Below, piece after piece: positions 44,041-60,240 of a stretch of 64,000 nucleotides of DNA (the first letter of the stretch is position 1; each line of letters starts with the position of its first letter). The translations under genes and the position numbers were made by a program. Location of the stretch: the NCBI RefSeq assembly GCF_009914755.1, contig NC_060928.1; one strand, given 5' to 3'. The notes below the pieces were generated by a model, which was not told the DNA's origin, ran no database searches, and was given only the letters and a program-made list of their open reading frames with translations. This stretch comes from the human T2T-CHM13v2.0 reference genome, Homo sapiens.

Positions 44041-44147
44041 AGTGCTCATGACATTTTGCCAAATTTTCTAGGTCATCCACATGATAGTAATCATAGCCTG
44101 ATGTTCCCAGAACTTCAAATGGCAAATACCCTATTATGGGTGGTGCC
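44041..44147 (-). CDS. CLOCK: CLOCK exon 13 (PAS-B)
   Basis: tttag/gtaagt; 107 nt [35 protein letters not shown]. Confidence 0.96.
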
Positions 44148-44361
44148 CTAAATTACACAGAAAACAATCATTATTATAAGTTTTTCCATAATAAGAAATA
44201 TTTCAACTAGAAATAAACTTTGGGGGGGGGGCTTTATTTTTCAAAAAATGGGAACAGGTTTCAAAGTCCTAATTTAAAAAAAAGTTTGCCCTTGATCCAT
44301 TAATTTCAAGAATTATATAACATGACTATTACCTTTTCATGGAATTTAAAAATGGAATTAC

Positions 44362-44444
44362 CTGTGATCTAGAAACAGAAACTTCCATTCTAAACTATGT
44401 CTAGATGTAAACTCTTCATTGGGTTCTTCAACAGTGCACATTTC
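44362..44444 (-). CDS. CLOCK: CLOCK exon 12 (PAS-B)
   Basis: ttgtag/gtaatt; 83 nt EMCTVEEPNEEFTSRHSLEWKFLFLDH. Confidence 0.96.
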
Positions 44445-44525
44445 CTACAAATAAATAATTAAAATTTATAAATACTTTGTGTCCTTAAGAATATTAAATA
44501 TTGCTACATATAAAAATAAGTCATG

Positions 44526-44763
44526 GCCAGGTGCAGTGGCTCACACCTGTAATCCCAGCACTTTGGGAGGCTGAGGTGGGCAAATCACTTAGGTCAGGAG
44601 TTTGAGACCAGCCTGGCCAACATGGTGAAACCCGATTTCTACTAAAAATACAAAAAATAGCAGGGCACGGTGGCGGGCACCTGTAATCCCAGCTATTCGG
44701 CAGGCTGAGGCAGCAGGATCACTTGAACCCAGGAGGTGGAGGTTAAATAAATACATAAATAAA
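44526..44763 (+). mobile_element. AluS lacking the end of the right arm
   Basis: consensus jumps from ggaggtt to a (TAAA)n tail. Confidence 0.88.
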
Positions 44764-44780
44764 TAGTCATTACTAGATAA

Positions 44781-45122
<342 letters not shown>

Positions 45123-46224
45123 CTTCTAAACAAGTTAATATATTTTAATTTTCCAGTACTAAAGAATGTGGTAATAAATAACCTTTAGATGCAAGCTTTT
45201 GGGTGGGTACTTCTCACTCTACACATTTTCCATTCACACATGCCTATAAACGCTTATTCAAAATTCAGACCTCTCTCCTGAATTACAGTTCCATATTTCC
45301 AAATATCTGAATGTCCTCATACATCTCAAATTCAATATGTCCTAAAATAAACTAACTGCTTTACTCCTCACACCCAATCACACAATTTTCCGTATTATTC
45401 TATACATGTGTAGTGGCCAGTGTCTAGAAATCTGATAGTTAAAAAAACATACTCTTTCATTTTTACCTTTCATCATCTAAGTGGCCATTACTAAATCTTT
45501 TCCATTTCATCTAAGTATTTTAAAAATCAATTCTATCTCATCCATCTTGAGTGCATTGGTTTAGACCCCTGCCATCACTGATTTGCTACAGTGTTCACCA
45601 GTCTCCCTGTCCTTCAACTCATCTTCTCTTCTAGGGCCACAATTACCTTACCAATACTCAAATATTATATGACTTCCCTGCTAAAAAACCTTCAGTGGTT
45701 CCTTGTGCTAAACTCTCTTCAGCATGGAGAAATAAACAAGAAAGAAACAAATTTTATTTCTGGTTTCTGATTACTTTTCTAGCCTTACCTCCCACTATCT
45801 CTTCCCCCTCCACACACTAACCCTAGACTCTAGTCATACTAAACAATGTATTCCATCCTGCCTCTGTGTCCCTGAATGACCTGCAGCACTCTGTAATAGT
45901 TGAGAGCTTGGGCTTTGAGAAAAAAACAATTATTAATTAATAGAATCAAGTCCCAGTTTCATCACTAATAGCTGAGACTTTGGGCAAGTCACTTAACTTC
46001 CCTAAGCCTGTTTCCTTATAATGTAAAATGAGGGATCGTAATGGCATCTAACTTATAGGGTTGTCATAAGAATTAATGAGATAATGCATATAAAATACAC
46101 AGCATGTAGTAAGCACTCAAATGTTAACAACTATTATTTCATAAGATCAAAACAAACCAAGCAAGACTGGCTTAAGATCTTCTATTAATTCAGTACTTTG
46201 TCCTATACTATGATGTCCCCCCAA

Positions 46225-46505
46225 ATTTATTTGAGACAGAGTCAGACTCTGTCTCAAAATAAAATGCAAACACAGTTCACTGCAGCCTCGACCTCCTGGG
46301 CTCAAATGATCCTCCTGCCTCAGCCTCCTGAGTAACTGAGACCACAGGTGTGTAACACCATGCCTGGCTAATTTTTTGTATTTTTTGTAGAGATGGGGTC
46401 TTGTCACGTTGCCCAGGCTGGTCTCAAACTACTGGGCTCAGGCAATCCTCTCGCCTTGCTCTCCCAAAGTGCTGGGATTACAGGCATGAGTCACCTCGCC
46501 TGGCC
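46225..46505 (-). mobile_element. antisense AluJ with a fold-back at its 3' end
   Basis: consensus plus palindrome at 46230-46258. Confidence 0.88.
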
Positions 46506-47035
46506 CCGCCGAAATTTTAAATCTTAGCCTGGCTGCCTCTTTCCAGTCAGTTTCTAGTGGTTAACTCTTTCACTTTCCCACTTCCCTACTTGTCATCTGT
46601 TTGTTGGGTCCAGGAAATAAAAATAAAATACCTAATTTTACATTTGAAAAGGTAAGTTATATGTGGCAAAGAGCCACTTGTACATTTCAAATAAAAATTT
46701 AAAAGTTACCTTCTAAAAATAAAGATTCCAAAAACCTAGATTTTTGGACTTTCCCTTTTAATAGAGATAATGAACAACACACAAAAGGATCCTAAAATCT
46801 TCCACAAAAGTAGGGCAATATTGATATATAATAATCACTGGTTAACTGCAAAGGATATATACTAAAAAATTAGTTATACAATTTAATGAGTGTCTTGATA
46901 ACTCATCGTTTCAAAAATATTATCATGCATATTTAATGACTCATAGCCATTCCACCTCAATGTCTGCAGGAAGTTTCAGGCAGCTCTCAGCATATGAACT
47001 GAAATCCCCTTTGGGAAATAAAATTAAAAACATAC

Positions 47036-47154
47036 CTTGATGAACTGAGGTGTAGCTAACCTGACAGTAGCTACAAAACAAACTCTATCTTCATAAGATG
47101 GCCTATGTGTGCGTTGTATAGTTCCTTCAAAACCATTGTGTGCTGAAGAGGATA
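47036..47154 (-). CDS. CLOCK: CLOCK exon 11
   Basis: ttttag/gtatg; 119 nt [39 protein letters not shown]. Confidence 0.96.
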
Positions 47155-47291
47155 CTAAAACAATAGGGAAATATGTATCATCAGTTATGCCAGCAAAACC
47201 TAATTGTCACTGATATTCAAACATCTATGTCTTTAAGAGCACAGAAAAATAACAAGTTAAAACACATTGTGAGAGAAGCATTTTAACTCAC

Positions 47292-47405
47292 CACTGTTTA
47301 AAGATTTGAAATTTCCTATAAATTTTACATATTCATAGGTAGATGGCTCCTTTGGGTCTATTGTTCCTCGCAGCATGTGACAACAGAATTCTAACTGATT
47401 TTTTG
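47292..47405 (-). CDS. CLOCK: CLOCK exon 10
   Basis: ttcag/gtgagt; 114 nt [37 protein letters not shown] (inside ORF 47257..47520). Confidence 0.96.
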
Positions 47406-47786
47406 CTGAAATAAAAGAGATTTTAAAAATCACATATTTCTGATATAAAACAATGATTGATATACCACATAAAGTAAGATCATAAAAGTTGTGTAAGTTT
47501 ACAACCATTATTTTCCCCAACAGAAGTCGTCAATGACATTTAGTTCATAAAAGTAGAGCACCTTCAGGAGAGGATCTCACTTTGTCTTTAATAGAAAAAA
47601 TAGATTTTCTGGTGCAAACAACTTAATGTTTCCCTATTTTTAGCTACTCATCCTTTTCATTCTTTACTCACTTTCAAAGGAAAGTTTTGCTTCACATTCT
47701 AAAGCTAATCCTTCCATCTCTACCATTTATAGTCTTTCCTATTTTCTCTAGGACCCGGGCCACATCACTGTTCCTTATTCCTTTAG

Positions 47787-48097
<311 letters not shown>

Positions 48098-49073
48098 AAG
48101 GGTCCTTACTATCTACTTTTAAATTTGCTCACGTCTTCCATCTGAAATAAAGGAGTTTCACTAATTATTTGGTATTATAGATCTCCTTCCTTTTCATTAT
48201 GGGCTCCATCTTCCATATATTCATTTCCCTTAACTTCACACACTGTGACTTACACCTCTACAGCAATTATTCTTCTCAAGATTACTAACATTTGTATCGT
48301 TAACTTCAATGATTTTTCATTTCCACTTCTTAAAAGTCATCCTTTGTCATTCCCACAGCATAAACTTACCTTCCCACCTTACTGACTATTCCTATCTCTT
48401 CTGCTAATCCATTTTCATACTAGGGGTTTTCACAAAGGTTCTTCTGATCCTAAATCTCTCTCTCCAACTCTAGCATTTTACGTGAGACAAAGTTACCTAT
48501 CATTTGCTTTCAGGACATTCGAACTTGATTGTCCCATTAGTAACTTAAATTCAAAATACTTGAAAGTGAATTTATCTTTCTTTCAAGCTCCCTTCGTCTA
48601 TGTATGCTTATTTCCCAAGTTAGAAACCGTTAACAATTTGGTCTCTTCTCTTCCCATCACAAGTCCCAAACCTAATCTGTCATGAAGACCTGCTACTTAT
48701 TTCACCAAGGAAGCCTGCCAATTTAGTGCAGTTGCAAATTACCTTGCATCTAGGTAACCGAAATATGTATTCATTATGCCTCCACATTCTGCCACTCTGA
48801 TTCAGTCTTGTCTATTACTCTTAGACTTGTAATTACTTTCATGGTATTATTTCCGCACTCAAGGACTAGTAACACCTTTCTTTGCTCACTACTTCAAGCT
48901 TATATTCTTCGGTTATTATCATCATAGATGGCTTTATCATCTAACCTAATCAGTAAAAATCTATCTATCTTCAACCTTCCCCACTGATGATTCTTAGTCA
49001 CTTGGTCACCTGAGCCTACCACATCAAGTCCTATTGAGTTTACACACTTAACAGTCATATACTTTCCTCTCCT

Positions 49074-49372
49074 TTTTTTTTTTTTGAGACAAAGTCTCAT
49101 TCTGTCACCCAGCCTGGACTACAGTGACATGATCTCAGCTCACTGCAACCTCTGCCTCCTGGGCTCAAGTGATCCTCCAGCTCAGCCTCGAGTAGCAGGA
49201 ACTACAGACATGTGCCACCACACCCCAGCCAACTTTTCTATTTCTCTTTATTGTATAGACGGTGTTTCACCATGTTGCCCATGCTGGTCTTGAACTCCTG
49301 GGCTCAAGCGATCTGCCTGCCTTGGCCTCCCAAAGTGCTGAGATTATAGGCGTGAACAACTGTGCTCAGCCC
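49074..49372 (-). mobile_element. antisense Alu
   Basis: consensus. Confidence 0.9.
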
Positions 49373-50316
49373 ATCCTTACTTTTATTGCTAGGATTATAT
49401 GGTTTTCCTTTTTGTCTCCCAGTCTGGTCCTTTTCAAAATTTTCTACCTGAGTGATTTTTTTTAATCTCCCAAACCAGATGACGAAAGTGGCAGCAACTT
49501 TTATAAGCAAGGTACTGCTGCTCTTTCTAGGCCAGAGATGCTGGTGAAAGATGCTTTCATTGCAATGAAGACCTGGACCTCCATGAGGCAAAACAGCTGT
49601 TACAGGAAAAGTAGTCATAGCTACTGTACCAGGCAGGATGGCCAGCTTGATCATCAGAATGGTCTGATCCATAAGATCTCTGGTTGTGTTTAACTGAACC
49701 CTAGGAATGAAACTGAGGAGTAACTCCATAAAGCTATCACTTGATTTGTATAGTAGGAAATCTGCAGGTCAGGTGAGCACAGCCTGAGTTGAGCCACTAT
49801 GATGAGAAATCCAGGGCTCTTATTCAGCTCTCAGACTCAGGGTCTCTTTATGAAGCAGAAGCCAGGTAAGCCTGGGGTAGGCAACCCACTGCTGCAAGTC
49901 TTCTTCCTAGCCTTCTCCAAATGAACTTTCCACTATTTACCTGATTTTGTTTTTCCTTTTTTTGCAGATAACAAAACTACCCAAATCTCCTTCACTGGCT
50001 CTCTACTCTGTAAAAAATAAAACTCAAATTCCTTAGCCCCTTTATAATTCTGTCCTTATTCTTTCTCTAGACACAAATTTTACCACCTGTACAACCTCAA
50101 CTTCATTATGGCCAAAATGACCTACCAAATTTTCTAAGCAATTTTCTCTGTGTTTTAACTTGTGTTTATTCTTTTGGCATGAAACTTTCTTTTTTCTGGG
50201 GCAAGAACTCTTTTGTATATCACTTGTTTAACTAGGAGATCAGCAAGCCATTTAATTAAGACTTTTCTTAAGTATTCTTGCCATTTTCATTTCTGTTCTT
50301 GGAAGCAGAAGCCTAA

Positions 50317-50722
<406 letters not shown>

Positions 50723-51828
50723 GGCTTCCACCTTTCTAATTTTTCTCTCCTTGTTCTACGTATTTACCTCAAGCAATCCATTCCATCCATGGCTTCAAAT
50801 ACTAATTGTAGGTATCTATTATATACAGCCTAAATCTTTCTAAGTACCAGACTAGAGTGGCCTAATGGTCAATGTCATATGAACTTGGTTTTAAAACAAG
50901 GCTTGAAATGAATTCTCCAACTCTAGTTTTTCTCAACTCTCGCTGAAAGGCCATCCACTCTTACCAAAGTTATAGATACACACAGATTTGTGTGAGTGTG
51001 TGTGTGTGTGTATCTCAATTTTTAGACAGTATGCTATAGAATTTGAGGATTCAAATACAAAGAATCTTTAAGATAATGTCAGTATTAGCAGATGAGACAC
51101 ATTTAAAAATAATGAAAAAGGTGATTAAACAAGGTATCTAATAGCTAATGGTGAAATGTACTGCTGTAACAATTCTGGATTTTATACAGGGTAATATATG
51201 AAGAAAATGAGGTACTCCGGTCAAATAAATTTGTCAATGGACCTAGTAGAAATGTCTGATTCTACCATAATATGTTGTGTATCTTGATGGTGATAACTAT
51301 TTTCACTATTGTTGATATTTTTATGATACAGCACAAGTACCTAGCAAATTAGATACATCTAACAAATGACTGTTTAATTGTTTAATAAAGTAGATAATTT
51401 ATCTTTATATTTAATAATTTTAAAAGAAACATAGAAATTTTTTCCAGTTTGAGTGTCCAATTGGTTAACAATGGTGAAAATTAGAATGTTTAATTTTCCC
51501 TTATTAAATACAGTAAAGTTTTATTTATAAATTAATAACTATATATTGCCAGGTCTCACTTTTGCATAAAATACAGCTTTATGGCATAATGGGAGTCCAG
51601 GATTTATTATAACAAATAAGATGGGATTTCAATATACACTGAAATAGATTACAGATTTTTAATATGGTCACAATTTCATTTTATATATATTTTAATATTG
51701 AAAAAGGACCTAATAGGGCATATGGAGTAATGCTGTATTTAAAGAAGTCTGTATTTTTCATAAACTTGCAAAAGGATAGTGCTACTGAATACAACATTTG
51801 ACTTTTTTGCTTAACAGCTACTACTTAC

Positions 51829-51949
51829 ATTTTAAATATTCTGGGGTTAATGAATCACTTTCCAGCAGATGAGTAGAGAGTATTTTATAAACCTCTGAAT
51901 GTTCCCCTTCTGGGATAAAATTAAATATACTTTGATCCACAAGATCAGA
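51829..51949 (-). CDS. CLOCK: CLOCK exon 9 (PAS-A)
   Basis: tttcag/gtaagt; 121 nt [40 protein letters not shown]. Confidence 0.96.
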
Positions 51950-52942
51950 CTGAAAAGAAAATTGTTAAAAGTAAAATAACTTCAATGATTCAAGAGACAA
52001 TTGCTTTAAAAGTACATAATCGCTATTAAACACAGCAGTTAACTTTCAATTATCTGTGAAAACCAACAAATGTCAAGTTATAGACCAAATCTCAAAAAAT
52101 AAGATTGAGATCATACTAACGTCATCCAATCCATGACCAATATGACCTTGAAAGCCTGATAAATTATTTGCAAAGCTGTGTTTCACCAAAATGTTCTGAA
52201 CATTTCAAAATACAACGGGACCAAGAGAGTTAATAAGAAAAATCTCTGGCGACAAGTCATAGCCTTACCATATACTCAAACCTATGGTAAACAATGGTGG
52301 TATATCCTACTATAAAGGACTATGCACAAGCTAAATAAAGAGGAGATTTTGTTTTGGTGTGATTTCAATTGTCCAATGTGTCCTTTATTTCATCTTTTCC
52401 TGGCATTTATCCTGCATCCCATTGTACAAAAGCCTTGTGTTTAGTTATCCCCCCTCAAAAGGACAACTAATATGTTAAGCATTAGAATTCTTGTTAATAC
52501 ACAGCTTTAATCGTGATTAATCAATAGCAATTTGACAAACATCAGGTTGGCTACAATGTGCCACGGCTGTGGAATCAAAGATGAATAAGATAGTTTCTAT
52601 ACTTAAGTACCACTGATAACAAAACTTCCATGACTTTACATTTGCCACTACGCATTCTACCTGGTTTCCTGCGTTTCAAACTGCTCTGTGGAATCCTAGG
52701 GATGCTGAGACAGTATCTCAAGGCCTGTAAAGGTAGGACTAGAGGGTGGGGAAGTAAAAAGGAGCTGAGAAGCAGGGCCCAGGGTCCTGCCCCTGCATTA
52801 AACTAAAGCAGTTATACTTTTTGTTTTTATTTTATGCATCTGTGAAGATTTTGTTTGAAGAGCTCCACTGCTTAAAAACAAAAAACATACAACAACAAAC
52901 AGAGGCAGTAAGAATGGTGAGAGGGGAGAAAGGGGTGTTGTA

Positions 52943-53000
52943 TTAGGTTGGTGCCATACTTTTAATAACAAAAACCGCAATCACTTTTGCACCAACCTAA
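52943..53000. mobile_element. MADE1 (Hsmar1 MITE) with an internal deletion
   Basis: ttaggttggtgc...aaaaaccgcaatcacttttgcaccaacctaa flanked by TA TSDs. Confidence 0.9.
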
Positions 53001-53177
53001 TACTATTCTTCATATAGGCCACACATTCCCATCATTTCTTCTGTCTTTTCTCCAGCCCTCCAAGCCCACTCCATGAAGTGAGATGACCTTCCCCCCTCTC
53101 TACATATCTGTATCTTTCCCCTTTCAAAGACCAGTTCAAATTACTTCTTTCAAGAAAGCATTCCCTTAACACCATAA

Positions 53178-53543
53178 TCCACATTAAAAATAAAATTCTT
53201 TTATTATTTATTACTTGTATTATTCATTTCCCATTTAGCAGAATTCAGCCAACCATGGATCAAAACTATTCAGGAAAAACAAAAAACAGATGGTTGTGTC
53301 TGTACTGAATACGTGCATTTTTCTAATCGTTCCCTAAACACTATAGTATAACACATATTTACATTGTATTAGTTATTATAAATAATCTAGAAATGATTTA
53401 ATGTATGTAAATGGGAAGATGTGTGTAAGTTACATGTAAATACAACACCATTTTATCTATGCGGCTTGATGATCCATGGATTTTGGTATCTGCAGCGGGT
53501 CCTGGAACCAACCAATTCCCCCATGGATACCAAAGGATGACTA
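53178..53543. mobile_element. MER2 (TcMar-Tigger) fragment
   Basis: ggattttggtatctgc..ggtcctggaacc..cccatggataccaaaggatgact terminus. Confidence 0.8.
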
Positions 53544-53814
53544 TATTTTAATGTCTATGTCCTGTTGCCCTATAGCTGAATAAAAGGGGCCTATCTCTTA
53601 CACCTTTATCTTTCTCACTTCCAATCAGGGCACATTAACACCGTGCCTTGTGTTTAACAGTTATTAGTAAAATAAATGATTTTAGACTAAGGAGGTATTT
53701 GATAATGGCTTAAGGGATAACCACACCAAAAATATATCTGTATTTCAGTAAAGGATTTTTCTGGAAGTCTGAAAAGCCTCTACAACTAAAGGAGTGAACT
53801 AAAAATTCAGGGAT

Positions 53815-54115
53815 GGCTGGGTGCAGTGGTCATGCCTGTAATCCCAGCACTTTGGGAGGCTGAGGCAGGTGGACTGTCTGAGGTCATCAGTTCAAGACCA
53901 GCCTGGCTAACATGGAGAAACCTTGTCTCTACGAAAAACACAAAAATTAGCTGGGCATGGTGGTGTGCACCTATAATCACAGCTACTCAGGAGGCTGAGG
54001 CAGGAGAATCGCTTGAATCCAGGAGGCAGAGGCTGCAGTGAGCTGATATCCTACCACTACACTCAAGCCTGGGTGACAGAATAAGACTCTGTCTCAAAAA
54101 ATAATAACAATAAAT
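53815..54115 (+). mobile_element. AluS
   Basis: full dimer. Confidence 0.9.
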
Positions 54116-54207
54116 AGGCCTGAATAACACAAATGCTAGAAAGTTGCCTTCTACTGACAAAATAAAGAATCAAAATATAGTATATGATATTGATGCAAAA
54201 AATAATC

Positions 54208-54580
54208 TGATATGGTTTGGCTGTGTCCCCACCCAAATCTCATCTTGTTGTTCCCATAATCCCCATGTGTCATGGGAGGGGCTGAGTGGGAGGTGATTGA
54301 ATCATGGGGGAAGTTACCTCCATGCTGATGTTCTCGTGATAGTGAGTGAGTTTTCCCAAGTTCTGATGGTTTTGTAAGGGGCTTTTCCCCTTTTGGCTCA
54401 GCACTTCTGCTTCCTGCTGCCATGTGAAGAGGGACGTGTTTGCTTCCCCTTCCGCCATGACTGTAAGTTTCCTGAGGCCTCCCCAGCCATGCCAAACTGT
54501 GAGTCAATTAAACCTCTTTCCTTTATAAACTACCCAGTCTTGGGGAGTCCTTTATAGCAGTGTGACAACAGACTAATACA
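54208..54580 (+). mobile_element. THE1 (MaLR) solo LTR
   Basis: tgatatggtttggctgtgtccccacccaaatctc...gactaataca; 5-bp TSD taatc/tcatc. Confidence 0.92.
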
Positions 54581-56954
54581 TCATCTTAATAGAAAAACAT
54601 GCCACCAACTTGAAATATTAATAGGAACTAAAATTTTCATTTTTGAGAATGATTATAGTTTTCTACTATTATTTGTTACTAACAATTTCTTCTACTACTA
54701 TTTGGTAAATTATGATGTGACCTATCTTATCCTTGTTTTTTCATCTATAACTTCATAGGATGTTTCATATTCATAGAGAAAAGAAAATGAATGCCTGTAT
54801 CAAGAGTAGTATGATCACAAGCAATGCCTGCCCCAACAATTCTGCCTCTCCTGCCACTTTAATAGGTGTCAAACTTTCCATTAACCACTACACTTAAAAT
54901 CTCTAAATGAGGCTGACCATACTTTATGTGACCATACATACACTCAGTTCTCAAACACAATCAAACGTAAGAAAAGAAAATGGTAACTACTTGGATCTTT
55001 TTATCTCCCTTACTCGTTTCATGAAAAGGAAATATAAGTTCTGCTGATTTACTTATATGACATAAATCAGTAGCCTTTGTTTTTTCTACATTAGGTCAAC
55101 GTTACCATTTAGTGATTGGATGACACAAACAATTTTTTAAAATCTAGAAGATGTTAATAACAGAGGAAACTGGGTATAGTGCACATGGGAATTCTCTGTA
55201 CTACCTTGTCCATTTTTCTGTACATCTAAAAATGGTTCTAAAATTAAAAATATTTTTTAAAATGTCCAGAAGAAAATGGGAAGGTGACAGGGTTTTTATT
55301 GAGGGAAGTGTTAATCAAACACTTCAATTCCAATGAGATCTATCACATGTTGTCTATTTCAAAGGGCAATTAAACTCACTAAAGATTAGAAAGGGATTTT
55401 TTTAAAACAGTCAAATCAAGTAGCACACTCATTTTCATACATTCAACAAATAATCACTGAGTGACGCTCCAAGGAACTAGCTAGCTCCTCTGGATGCAGA
55501 GATAAAGTTCCTGCCTTTAAGAAGCTACAACTACCATAACTATCCAAATAAACAGAAAATTATAATTCTCTGTATCATGACAGTAGTACATACAAGGTAA
55601 CAGTAGAACAGAGATGAAGGGCATCGAATTTTGAATGGAATTCAAGCAAGTGCCAAGAAGCAGGCTTTGAGAAAGTGTGAACACATTGCAAATGATGCTC
55701 TATGACTAGATTATATAGTTTCTGTAAACATGACAAAACCTAATACAGTTATATATGGTTTAAAAGCATACAATTATACTTATTTTAAATTACTTAGACA
55801 TTATCTTAATCCTATAATGGGATTCTTTCCCTGGGTTTTCTTGCTATGAAAACAAATTTTTTTAAGTTGTCCAGAAAACTCAGTTAATCAGTCTGTCCTT
55901 TTTTCTGCCTATGCTAGTTTACTTATGCATTGCTAATATCTCATGTTTTACTCTCAAACATGTTTTTAAATGTTGGGCTTATCCTACTATTTGAGCTTAC
56001 TAGAAAATAAAGCCCCAGAAGAGCAGTAAAGTCAAAGTTATTTTCTGTATGAACCAAAGAAATTAGCAAATTATGTACTGCATGGCTTTCAACTTTAAAA
56101 AATGCCCCCTTGAGAGCCTGGACTTTTAAGTGCTAAAATCCATTGATTCTCTTTATAAGGTATGAAGTATCAGAGTAATCAGAGGGAGAGAAATACCACT
56201 TTTCAGTATCTCTTGAAAGAGACACTTACAAGCAGAATTACTTTACCCTGTTATAGAGATAAGCTATTTTTTTAATTTTTTTGTAGAGACAGGATGCTTC
56301 ACTGTGCTGCCCAGGCTGGTCTTGAATTCCTGGCCTCAAGCAATCCTCCCACCACAGCCTCTGAAAGCATTAGCATTAAAGGTGTGAGCCACTGCACCCA
56401 GAGAGAGGCATTATAAGAGTAGTTTATAAGTAACTTTAGAATATTTATACCATGAGCTCCATCTTCAATAACATCATTACATATTAAAAACTGAAAACTC
56501 CCCCCAAAAGCCTATCAGCTGTGGCACAGCACCTAGCATGGTGTCTGGCACAGAGCAGATATTAATAAATACACATTAGAAAAAAAGTAAGCACATAAAC
56601 CAGGTATTCACCATCCTAATGAAACAAAATATACTTTTCTAATTCTCTATCCTTCTGGTCATATAGATAATGAATTAAAATATGGCCAATATGACATTAT
56701 CAGTTCAAAGTCACATAGCATAAAAAGTTCTGTATCTACTATTTTTAGAGTGTTTTTTATAAGTAATTCTATTGAGAAAAATATTTACAAGTTGCCCTAA
56801 TTGCAACAAGTATCTCAGCAGAAATTTAGTTATTCTCAAGACATTCTCAGTGATTTAACATTTTCAACAGGCTGATTAAAATGGAAACGCTAAAAAGTTA
56901 GCATTAGAATAAAGAAGACAGGAAGAAGAGGGGTCAGATAAAGTGGTAAGACCT

Positions 56955-58661
<1,707 letters not shown>

Positions 58662-58860
58662 TAGTTGAATATTAAGTTACTACAGATTAGTTATGACTGA
58701 GCTGAGAAAACACATGCTGAAACAAAGACATACTTAGAGCTCTGATTCCTACCCCTTTAACGACTGTTGTACACTGCTCTCAAAGTCCACTTCCCAGTGC
58801 TTTAGAATATTTAAAATAGGCATTTTAATACGAAGTAGATTGTAGGATCTTTATACTTAC

Positions 58861-58950
58861 TGGTAAATGTTCAAGTAATGAAGTTACACTCTCAGACACA
58901 TATATTATGCTTCCATCTGTCATGATTGCTAAAAAAAAACCATCAAGAGC
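58861..58950 (-). CDS. CLOCK: CLOCK exon 8 (start of PAS-A)
   Basis: ttcag/gtaagt; 90 nt [30 protein letters not shown]. Confidence 0.96.
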
Positions 58951-59934
58951 CTGAAATTAAACATAATGATATGTTAAATGAAAAGAAAAAAGTATTTTGC
59001 AGGACAGAAATAAAAATTTGAGATAAATGACAAAGGATTTAATATGGAAATATCCAAAGTTCTGTCAAAATATAATACTAGCTTTCCCCCTTTACAATAC
59101 CTTGGTATGTATCTTTGTTCATTTTTAAATGCTTCTGGAGAAAAAAAGTCTCTCTCTGGCCATCTATTGGACAACTGGTCTCTAAAAGATAGAGACAATG
59201 TTCTACCTTCATCACTAGGTATATTACATGATCCAATCATGTATATACAGTATTATGGCTTATTTGAAGATGCTAATGTCTCCAAAGCATACAAGACATC
59301 AACAATGTTTTGTAGGCACACAAAGGAATACTTTGTTATTATCATGGATATGTTAACACAGAGGTGTACATCTGAAGTTTAAGGAGATATATGAAGAATA
59401 AAATAAAAGGGAGTAGCAGGAAATTAAGGTGAAAAATTAGGCTGAGTTCATATCATAAAAGGCTTTGAATATAAGGTTAAGACATAAGAATTTTATTCCG
59501 TATACAATGGTAAGCCAACAGAAGATTTTAGGGCAGGGGGCTGTGCTTCAATAAGAGTAGTGTGGAAGCAGGGTGTAAAATGGATTTAGAGGGAAAAGAA
59601 AATTCAGTTAGGAAAATCATAGTGGCTTTTGGACTAATTAAGGAAGTTAATGGGAATCTGAATGAAATCAGTAGTATTAGGAATAAAGAAAAGTACTTCG
59701 AGCAAGCATTGAGAAATGTGAAGTTCGATTTCAGAAGAGAAGTCAGAGCAGGGAGTACAAGACTTAATAAAAATGCAATTTTGTATTTTATACACTACAA
59801 TGTATTTTCATTTGAGAATCCTAGGCACAGAAGTGACAGCTGAAGAAATGAGATCTACAAAAGACAAATCCTGGAAGAATTATCTACATATAAGGGATGA
59901 GGAAGAGAAAAAGGCCAGAGAAAATGACAGAGAA

Positions 59935-60240
59935 GCCTGCGTGCAGTGGCTTACGCCTGTGATGGTAGCAATTTGGGAAGCCAAGGCGGGAAGATCACTT
60001 GAACCCAGGAGTTTGAGACCAGCCTGAGCAACATGGCGAAACCTTGTCTCTGAAAAAAAATTAAAAAATTAGCCAGGTGTGGTGGCACATGCCTATGGTC
60101 CCAGCTGCTTGGGAGGCTGAGGCGAGATCACTTGAGCCCAGGAAGTTGAGGCTGCAATGAGCCACGACCATGTCACTGCACTCCAGCCTGAGCAACAGAG
60201 TGAGACCCTGTCTCAAAATAGTAATAAAAATTGAAATTAC
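59935..60240 (+). mobile_element. AluJ inside L2-like purine-rich sequence (~59400-60620)
   Basis: consensus; TSD gaaaatga(c/t)agagaa. Confidence 0.88.

Noticed and set aside
49475-49930. More GC-rich block overlapping the 141-aa ORF 49304..49729
   Set aside because: Looks like a decayed ERVL/MaLR-internal relic, and the ORF runs into an Alu; family could not be assigned by eye.
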